From the NCBI GenBank assembly GCA_017621015.1, contig JAGAUC010000004.1, forward strand, positions 1 to 29,036: a stretch of DNA of 29,036 nucleotides, read 5' to 3'. Positions 17,743 through 24,126 of the stretch are shown one piece after another (position 1 is the first letter of the stretch; every line of letters begins with the position of its first letter). The position numbers and the translations under genes are program-made. This stretch comes from Clostridia bacterium. Its GTDB lineage: Bacteria > Bacillota > Clostridia > Oscillospirales > CAG-272. The notes under the pieces were generated by a model. It ran no database searches. It had not been told where the DNA came from and worked only from the letters and a program-made list of their open reading frames with translations.

Positions 17743-18895
17743 ATGACCGAATTCTACATCTCTTCAAATAAATATAGCCTGGTCGAGCGCAAGACCAAGC
17801 ACAACGGCACGGTGTATGACGTCATGTTCCGCGTGGTCACACTTGACGGCATCGAGCGCCAGAAGAGGCTTTCGGGCTTCAAGAACAAAACGCTTGCCAA
17901 GCAAGCCTACCTCGACTTTGTCACCGAAAAATGCGAGCTCGTCAAAAATAACCCTCTCAAAAAACATAAGCCCGATAAACAGGTTCCCACCGTCGGTGAG
18001 CTCCACCGCTCCTACACGCCGCTCTCGGCGGCCAGTGCAAGGAGGCTTCCTTGTATAGCAAGCAGAGCACCTACGATCTTTTTGTAAAACCAAAATTCGA
18101 GGATCGTAAGATCACCGATCTCAACAAGCAGGAGTTGCTCCTTTGGCAAGACGCCCTCTGGAGCACAAGAAACCCGAAGACCAAAAAGCCGTATTCCTAT
18201 AACTACCTTTCAAAAATTCGCGCCTCCTTTTCCACCTTTCTATCCTGGGTGGAGGAGCGCTACGAGTACAGAAACGCTACGAGTACAGAAACGAATTCAA
18301 GGGCGTGAAGGCGCCAAAGCGACGCACCGCACCCACCAAGATGCAGATCCGGACAAGGGAAGAGTTCGAGCGGTTTATAGAAAAGGTAGACGATCCCGCC
18401 TACCACGCCTTTTTTACACTTTTGTTCTTCACCGGCCGCCGCAAGGGCGAGATCCTCGCATTAAAGCCGGAGAAGGTGAACCTTAAAAAGAAAACGATCA
18501 CCTTCGACGCCTTGATCACGCGTCACACCATCGACAGCGCCGCCTACCGCGAGACAACAACCAAGGCAGAGAAGGTGCAGACCGTCCCGATTTGCGACGT
18601 TGTCACGCGCGAATTGACGGCCTATAAAGGACAAGCTCCTTATTATTTCGGCGGTGAGCGACCGCTCGCTCACACCACCCTCACCCGATACTTACAGAAG
18701 AAGTGCGAGGAAGCAGGGGTGAAGATCATCCGCATCCACGACCTGCGCCACTCCTTTGTTTCCATGCCGATTCACCTGGGCACCAATTATATGGTTGTCG
18801 TCGATCTCATCGGCGACACCGTCGAGCAGGTCCTCAAAACCTACGCCCATCTTTACGAATCCGACAAGCTTGATATTATCTCGGAAATTAAATAA
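17743..18895 (+). pseudogene. Tyrosine integrase pseudogene with two frameshifts
   Basis: Arm-binding N-terminus, core-binding segment and catalytic segment (FTGRRKGEI, HDLRHS, KTYAH) lie in three frames; 1-nt loss near 18016 and 17-nt tandem duplication at 18258-18291. Confidence 0.88.
18258..18293 (+). repeat. 17-bp perfect tandem duplication
   Basis: CGCTACGAGTACAGAAA x2 followed by CG. Confidence 0.95.
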
Positions 18896-18940
18896 CCCCC
18901 CTTTTGTTTGCAACTCGCTTTCTGTTGCACAAAACAAAAA

Positions 18941-18998
18941 AGTAACATTTTTTAGTAACAAAATGACCTAAAATAGCCCAAAATAGCCCAAAATGAGC
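18941..18998. repeat. Putative arm-type and accessory-factor sites left of the att core
   Basis: AGTAACA at 18941 and 18954; four AAAAT-led 10-mers at 18960, 18970, 18980 and 18990 (AAAATAGCCC twice). Confidence 0.55.
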
Positions 18999-19004
18999 AA
19001 AAAG

Positions 19005-19040
19005 AAAACCCTTGAAACCTAACAATTTCAAGGGCTTTCA
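19005..19040 (-). terminator. Hairpin immediately 3' of the tRNA fragment
   Basis: AAACCCTTGAAA...TTTCAAGGGCTTT inverted repeat. Confidence 0.6.
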
Positions 19041-19045
19041 AAATA

Positions 19046-19070
19046 TGGAGCGGATAACGGGAATCGAACC
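19046..19070 (-). other. att core: displaced 3' end of a tRNA-Gly
   Basis: Minus strand GGTTCGATTCCCGTTATCCGCTCCA = T-loop, T-stem, acceptor strand, U73 and CCA; the 5' T-stem is non-complementary, so this is only a fragment. Confidence 0.85.
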
Positions 19071-19120
19071 TGGCAAAAGTGGTCAAAAAAGTGTTTAAAA
19101 TAAAGGGGTTTATGAAAATT

Positions 19121-19140
19121 GTGTGGAATTTCGTGTGGAA
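19121..19140. repeat. Putative arm-type integrase sites right of the att core
   Basis: GTGTGGAA direct repeat at 19121 and 19133, preceded by phased A-tracts. Confidence 0.55.
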
Positions 19141-19243
19141 AATGTTATTGTTGGGAGCCGGTTTGGCGTGAGGTGGTTGCGAAGAGATTAAAAATGGGGT
19201 GCCCCAAAAAAGGGGGCTTTTTTTATTTTTCAAATCTTTATGG

Positions 19244-20323
19244 TCACATCATCTCGGCGAAGTAGTCATTCAGGCGGTCGGTGAAACCGGTTTTTTTACC
19301 CTTCATAATGTGGCCGTAGACTTGGTTGATCATATTCTCGGAGTTATGTCCGACGTAGTCGGCGATATACATCTTCGGGACGTTCAGAAGGAGCATAACC
19401 GAGACGGTGTAGTGTCTGAGGCTATGAAAGCGGTAACGCTTGATTCCGCATTGCTTGAGGAGGGCTACATATCTATTGTAGACAGTGTTCGGGGAAAGGC
19501 TTGTGACAAACTCCTCGTCTGAATGCTCCTTTCGGATACGTGCGAGCGCCTTCTCGACGACCGGGATCATGGGGATTGTTCGCGTGCTTGCCATAGTCTT
19601 GGTCGTCTTCATTACAAGCTTGTCGTTCTCATCGTAGACAAGGGCGCCCTTTATGGTGATGGTGTTCTTATTAAAGTCTACATCGGACCAGCGCAGTGCG
19701 CAGATCTCGCTTCTTCGCATACCGCAGCAGGCGGCAAGGTAAAGCGGAGCCTCAATGGGAAGGCCCTTAGATTTGTCGAGAAGCGTCTTGACCTCCTCAT
19801 CGGTGGGAATCTCGATCTCGGTCTTTTCCTTTTGCGGAAGGGTGGTTTTCAGCGGCATATCGGGGCGGTAGATGGAGAGCACTGCCGAGATCAGGCCGTG
19901 GATATTACGTACGGTCTTGGCGCTATGATCGGCCGCTTCGATGTTGATGGCCACCTGAATGTCCTGTTGTCTGAGTTTATTTACGGGGATGTGCATAAGC
20001 GAGGGGAGGCACTTCTTCCGCATTCTCTTGTACTCACGGATGGTGGAAGGGGAGAGAACTGCCGATTTGGATTCGATGTATTTATCGAGCGCCTCGCCGA
20101 AGGTCATCTTTGATGGATTGGTTTTTATGTCGGTGCCTTCGTCGCGGTCGCGCAAACGGTCGATTGCCCAATGCACGACGGTGTTGTAATCCTTATCCGT
20201 GAAGCTGTCGTTCAGTTTCTTTCCCGTGGCGGGATCTTTACCTATATAGATCTGCACGCGATATGAGCCGCTTGGGAGCTGACTGATGGCAGGGATCTTA
20301 TCTTTCTTTTTGGTGCGGGGCAT
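19244..20323 (-). CDS. Phage tyrosine integrase (intact)
   Basis: Arm-binding N-terminus; CGMRRSEI, FHSLRH, VGHN and VYGH catalytic residues; transcribed toward att. Confidence 0.95.
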   Translation of the reverse strand: MPRTKKKDKIPAISQLPSGSYRVQIYIGKDPATGKKLNDSFTDKDYNTVVHWAIDRLRDRDEGTDIKTNPSKMTFGEALDKYIESKSAVLSPSTIREYKRMRKKCLPSLMHIPVNKLRQQDIQVAINIEAADHSAKTVRNIHGLISAVLSIYRPDMPLKTTLPQKEKTEIEIPTDEEVKTLLDKSKGLPIEAPLYLAACCGMRRSEICALRWSDVDFNKNTITIKGALVYDENDKLVMKTTKTMASTRTIPMIPVVEKALARIRKEHSDEEFVTSLSPNTVYNRYVALLKQCGIKRYRFHSLRHYTVSVMLLLNVPKMYIADYVGHNSENMINQVYGHIMKGKKTGFTDRLNDYFAEMM

Positions 20324-20353
20324 ATCTTTTCCTTTCTTTGGAGTACGAGATTA

Positions 20354-21475
20354 TTATGTGTTTCTTCCTTTGCAGAATGTCACGATTCCGGCTATAATGA
20401 GCAGAATGTTTGCCAGTATTGCATCGTTGCGTGTTAAATTGTCAATTAGAAAGACAATATTAAGAAGGATCAAAAGCAATCCCGTGAACATAAATGTGAA
20501 TTTTTGAGTTTCAATTTTCTTTAAGATGCGACTTACCGTTTCTTTAAGAACAAAGTATGCAATAGTCACACCGGCACACATAGCAAACATATCAGGAGTG
20601 TTTTCGCCCATTCGCATTGTCCACTCTACGAGGATATTCAAAATTGGAATGTAGGATATCAGTAAAAAAATAAGGGATACAATTAAAACAATTATTACGT
20701 CAACAATATAAAATTCTAACAATCCCAAAACAGACAAAGGAAGGGAGACAAGCACGCTTTTTGCTATATTTGTTTTTTTGATGTTCTGTCTTAAGGGGGA
20801 GAGAGGGATTGTCTCGCTCAAAGCTTTTAATTCGTCCTCTGTTTTCCTAAGTGAGCTTTCAATCTCAGATGTTTTTCTATATGAATCATTTACATCGTCA
20901 ATAAAAAGAGCATATAATTTTCGAAGTTTAGAATGATCACTATCTTCATATAAGGCAAAATCAATCATCACATAAAATTGTTGTATAGCAATTGCTAACT
21001 TTTTAGATATTTGATTGCTTTTGTTTTTTTGAGTAAAACTTTCGACCAATGTTTTGAACTTGTCGATGATATAGTTGATTGAAAGTCCATTATTTTCAAT
21101 GATGGTAAATTCGTCTTTGCCGACTTCGTGGTGTATGGCAACAAGAATATTATAAAATTTTAATAGTTGTTTTGCGGTTAAATTGAATACATCTATATCT
21201 GAAAGTGCGTTGTTAAGTTGAAATAGTTTGTTAGATAAAGTGTAATCATTTCCGTCATATGCGCACGCTATATCACCAAAATGAAAATCAACAGCTGTTA
21301 TCTCATAAGTAAAATACTCAAAATTACAGAAATACGGATACCGTTTTTCAAGTTGTTTGTTGAACTTGCTATAAAGGCAATCAATTTTTTTGTGAATCAG
21401 ACTAAGCTGTTTTTCTAAGCGTTTCTTTTGTTTTGAGAGTTTAGATATTTCGGTCAGGGATGATCTTTGACTCAT
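20354..21475 (-). CDS. AT-rich coiled-coil protein with about four C-terminal TM helices (lysogeny cargo)
   Basis: 373-aa ORF; one 60-nt line counted at 15/60 G+C; C-terminal hydrophobic helices. Confidence 0.75.
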   Translation of the reverse strand: MSQRSSLTEISKLSKQKKRLEKQLSLIHKKIDCLYSKFNKQLEKRYPYFCNFEYFTYEITAVDFHFGDIACAYDGNDYTLSNKLFQLNNALSDIDVFNLTAKQLLKFYNILVAIHHEVGKDEFTIIENNGLSINYIIDKFKTLVESFTQKNKSNQISKKLAIAIQQFYVMIDFALYEDSDHSKLRKLYALFIDDVNDSYRKTSEIESSLRKTEDELKALSETIPLSPLRQNIKKTNIAKSVLVSLPLSVLGLLEFYIVDVIIVLIVSLIFLLISYIPILNILVEWTMRMGENTPDMFAMCAGVTIAYFVLKETVSRILKKIETQKFTFMFTGLLLILLNIVFLIDNLTRNDAILANILLIIAGIVTFCKGRNT

Positions 21476-21542
21476 TTTTTGTCCACCTTTTTTTTTATGT
21501 TTGATTTTGGCAGTATCGTTCCCGGCGAGGCGGAGAAGGATA

Positions 21543-21587
21543 TTGCATAGACCTTCGCAATCTGATAGGATAGAATTGCGGAGGTGA
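21543..21587 (+). promoter_or_regulatory. immA promoter with palindrome, copy B
   Basis: TTGCAT-N17-TAGGAT (TG extension); arms 21551-21561 and 21575-21585; SD GGAGGTGA. Confidence 0.7.
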
Positions 21588-21594
21588 TATAGTA

Positions 21595-22266
21595 ATGAAA
21601 GACAAAAATCAGAATTCGGCGGAAGCGGTGCAATCGCGTGAGAGGTACAAGCTTGTGCGCGACAACGCGTGGCGAATGCTTCTGAAGCATCGAGTGCGCA
21701 CGCTTCCTGTGGACGTGTTCGATGTCTGTCGGCGCGAGGGAATCCGTGTGATGAGTTATCGCGCGGCGGCGGAGCGCGGGCTCCTTGAGGTGCTCGGTGG
21801 TGTGACCGACGGGAAGGACGGCTTTGCCCTAGTCGTTCGCGGCAAGAAGCTGATCTTCTACGATGACACGCTCTCGATCGGGCGGCAGCGGTTTACCGTG
21901 GCACACGAGCTGGGGCATTTTGCAATGGGCGACGTGGGCGCGGAGCCGACGGCGCGGAACGTAGAGCCGAGTGATAAGGACTCAGATACCGAGAGGCTCG
22001 CCAATATGTTTGCGGCGCGGCTTCTTTCACCGGCTTGTGTTCTTTGGGGGCTTGGCGTGCGCTCTGCTGAGGAGATCGCGGAAATCTGCGGTCTCTCGCG
22101 TGCGGCGTCGGAGTGGCGCTTTCGGCGTCTCTTGGAGCTCTACGAGCGCGAGCGAGGGTGGCTTGCTCAGCGTGGGCGGAGCTGTTTCCTTTCCTCGACG
22201 CTTGAAGCCAAGGTCTATTCGCGGTTTGAGCGGTTTATCAAGACTCAGAATCGCCGATCTGATTGA
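21595..22266 (+). CDS. ImmA/IrrE-family metallopeptidase (anti-repressor)
   Basis: RQRFTVAHELGH and ERLANMFAARLL motifs; adjacent to a repressor lacking an S24 domain. Confidence 0.9.
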   Translation: MKDKNQNSAEAVQSRERYKLVRDNAWRMLLKHRVRTLPVDVFDVCRREGIRVMSYRAAAERGLLEVLGGVTDGKDGFALVVRGKKLIFYDDTLSIGRQRFTVAHELGHFAMGDVGAEPTARNVEPSDKDSDTERLANMFAARLLSPACVLWGLGVRSAEEIAEICGLSRAASEWRFRRLLELYERERGWLAQRGRSCFLSSTLEAKVYSRFERFIKTQNRRSD

Positions 22267-22609
22267 GGATCGCTTCGATGGCGTCAAGCTGCTCCTTAGT
22301 ATATCTTCTGACGATGGCCTTGCCGTCGCGGTGGACGATGACAACGTCCTCCTCAAAGCTCTCTCCTTCGGGGGAGGGCTTTTCTTTTTCGGCAAATAAT
22401 TGAAGATCGATTTCCCACCCCATCAAATAGGAGGGGGTTACATCTAAAAGCCGAGACAAGGTTTCCACTTTGTCTGTTGGTATATTGGTGACAATGTCAT
22501 TTTCATATTTATATATCGCTTGTTTTGTTGTGCCAAGCGCATTGGCAAGCGTCTCTTGTGACAACCCCTTCTTAAGTCGAGCCGCTTTAATTCTTGATCC
22601 TATGGTCAT
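22238..22609 (-). CDS. CI/ImmR-like XRE repressor
   Basis: SD AAGGAGGTGA before ATG 22609; HTH (LSQETLANALGTTKQAIYKYE), VTPSYLMGW; divergent from cro. Confidence 0.9.
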   Translation of the reverse strand: MTIGSRIKAARLKKGLSQETLANALGTTKQAIYKYENDIVTNIPTDKVETLSRLLDVTPSYLMGWEIDLQLFAEKEKPSPEGESFEEDVVIVHRDGKAIVRRYTKEQLDAIEAILNQIGDSES

Positions 22610-22632
22610 ATAGATCACCTCCTTGTGTTGAT

Positions 22633-22736
22633 ATATTATCACATAACTTGAAAGTTGTCAAGTTTTTCGGAAAAAAATTCAAAAATGACTTGACAAGTTA
22701 CAAAAATTGTGGTATCATATGGTAAACTTATAAGTT
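22633..22736. promoter_or_regulatory. Divergent cI/cro promoters with operator palindromes
   Basis: P-cI minus strand TTGACA(22661-22656)-N17-TAATAT; P-cro TTGACA(22690)-N17-TATCAT; (A/G)ACTT-N2/3-AAGTT at 22645, 22687 and 22725. Confidence 0.75.
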
Positions 22737-22761
22737 ACTTTGTGCGATAGGAGGTGAAAAT

Positions 22762-22968
22762 ATGTTGAACAAAAACGCATTAAGGGCAGAGATGGTTAGA
22801 CATGGACTTACTCAAAAGCAAGTTGCAAAAGCTATTGGTGTCAGTGAAAAAACCTTTTTTTTAAGGATGAAATCCGGGGTTTTTGGCACAGATGAGGTGG
22901 CAAAGCTGATTGAACTTTTGGAGATAAAAGATCCGATGTCTATTTTTTTTGCCAACGAAGTAACTTGA
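22762..22968 (+). CDS. Cro-like XRE protein
   Basis: SD AGGAGGTGA; 68 aa; LTQKQVAKAIGVSEKTF...IFFA. Confidence 0.9.
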   Translation: MLNKNALRAEMVRHGLTQKQVAKAIGVSEKTFFLRMKSGVFGTDEVAKLIELLEIKDPMSIFFANEVT

Positions 22969-22994
22969 AAAGTTACCACGCCTCGGATTGTGAT

Positions 22995-23094
22995 AAAAAA
23001 AGACCGCCGCGCTCGGCGAAGCGCAACGGTCAAGAGAGTGCAGATATGATATCAACTGCACTCCTATTCTATCACAAAATTTAAGAAAAATCAA
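22995..23094 (-). ncRNA. Putative ~65-nt antisense small RNA with its own sigmaA promoter and terminator
   Basis: Minus strand TTGATT-N17-TAGAAT (TG extension) at 23094-23066; stem GAGTGCAG/CTGCACTC; terminator GACCG..GCGCT/AGCGC..CGGTC plus U7. Confidence 0.55.
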
Positions 23095-23112
23095 TAGGAG
23101 GAGATCAATTTA

Positions 23113-23577
23113 ATGAAAGAAAATAATACGTTCGGTGCCAGGCTAAAAGAACTTCGTTCCAAGGCCAAAATTTCACAACAAGAATTGTCAAAAATATTAG
23201 GCATTTCAAAAAGCAGCATAAATATGTATGAGCGTGATGAGCGAGAGCCCGGCATCGAAACCATAAAAGCATTTGCCGATTACTTTAATGTGTCAACGGA
23301 TTACCTTTTGGGACAAAATGCCCCCCAAAAAAGTATCAAAGAAGTAAAAAAATACGGATTAACGGACGAGCAAGTGGAGGCGGAGATCGCTCGGCTAAAT
23401 GCCTCCGAGGCGGTGGCTTTGGCAAGGCACGAGCAAAGGCTTAAATTTCGCCGCAGGCAATATCTGTATCAGCTCAGAGACTATGAGAAGAAGGGAAAGG
23501 CTCTTCTTGCGGCAGGTATGACAAGAGAGGTGCTTGATGCGCTCTATAGGGGCGAAACCGAGTCTGAATTGAATTAG
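23113..23577 (+). CDS. XRE HTH protein with helical C-terminal domain
   Basis: SD AGGAGG; FGARLKELR...ISQQELSKILGISKSSINMYER...VSTDYLLG. Confidence 0.85.
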   Translation: MKENNTFGARLKELRSKAKISQQELSKILGISKSSINMYERDEREPGIETIKAFADYFNVSTDYLLGQNAPQKSIKEVKKYGLTDEQVEAEIARLNASEAVALARHEQRLKFRRRQYLYQLRDYEKKGKALLAAGMTREVLDALYRGETESELN

Positions 23578-23587
23578 GAGGGCTACT

Positions 23588-23713
23588 ATGTCAATCGAAC
23601 AAATGAGAGCCGAGGTGGCGAAGCTCTATCCCGGTTATGCGTGGAAGATGCGTGTTCAGGCTATGTCGGACGCGCAGATCCTGGCAATCTACAACAAACA
23701 GATAAGGAGGTAG
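23588..23713 (+). CDS. 41-aa phage protein, below the ORF-track cutoff
   Basis: SD AGGAGGG; MSIEQMRAEVAKLYPGYAWKMRVQAMSDAQILAIYNKQIRR fills the gap between flanking genes. Confidence 0.7.
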   Translation: MSIEQMRAEVAKLYPGYAWKMRVQAMSDAQILAIYNKQIRR

Positions 23714-23716
23714 CGT

Positions 23717-23959
23717 ATGGCAAGGCTATCGGCAGATATGCGGCGGCGGGAAGCCAAGCGCATCGGGGACAACATCGCGTGGCACATGGTCACGGGTGGC
23801 ATCACCAAGAAGCGTGTGGCGGAGTATCTTGGCTATTCGCTTCCGACCGTTTATCTTAAATGTAAGGACGCGAGGCTTTGGACGCTCGATGAGCTGTTCA
23901 GCCTCTGCAATCTATTCAACTGTGAGCTCACTAAGCTCGTGGGAAAGGAAAGTGTATGA
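23717..23959 (+). CDS. Small HTH DNA-binding protein
   Basis: SD AAGGAGG; ITKKRVAEYLGYSLPTVY...WTLDELFSLCNLF. Confidence 0.75.
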   Translation: MARLSADMRRREAKRIGDNIAWHMVTGGITKKRVAEYLGYSLPTVYLKCKDARLWTLDELFSLCNLFNCELTKLVGKESV

Positions 23960-24126
23960 AAAGAAAATTACTTAAAATCTTAGAAGCGATCGCGCTTCCG
24001 TTTATCAGTGTGGCGGTGATGATCGACGAGAGCAAGCGGCTGAATGAAGACGGCTCGTGGGACAAATACCACGCGCGGAGGAACAAAAGGCTTATGAAAA
24101 AAGCAGAAAGGAAGGCAAATAAATGA
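23956..24126 (+). CDS. 56-aa phage protein with N-terminal hydrophobic stretch, below the cutoff
   Basis: MKRKLLKILEAIALPFISVAVMIDESK...RKANK; ATGA overlaps at both ends indicate translational coupling. Confidence 0.65.
   Translation: MKRKLLKILEAIALPFISVAVMIDESKRLNEDGSWDKYHARRNKRLMKKAERKANK

Larger units (their letters stand above)
15622..19045. mobile_element. Defective prophage remnant: lysogeny module only (immA stub, two cargo genes, dead integrase, att arm)
   Basis: Gene order is the mirror image of the neighbouring prophage, with direct sequence homology to it at the immA promoter and 5' end. Confidence 0.75.

Noticed and set aside
18941-18998. CRISPR-like or VNTR array
   Set aside because: Repeats are 7-10 bp without unique spacers or cas genes; better explained as att-arm sites.
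19046-19070. Functional tRNA gene
   Set aside because: Only the 3' 25 nt are present; no D or anticodon arm and the T-stem cannot pair.
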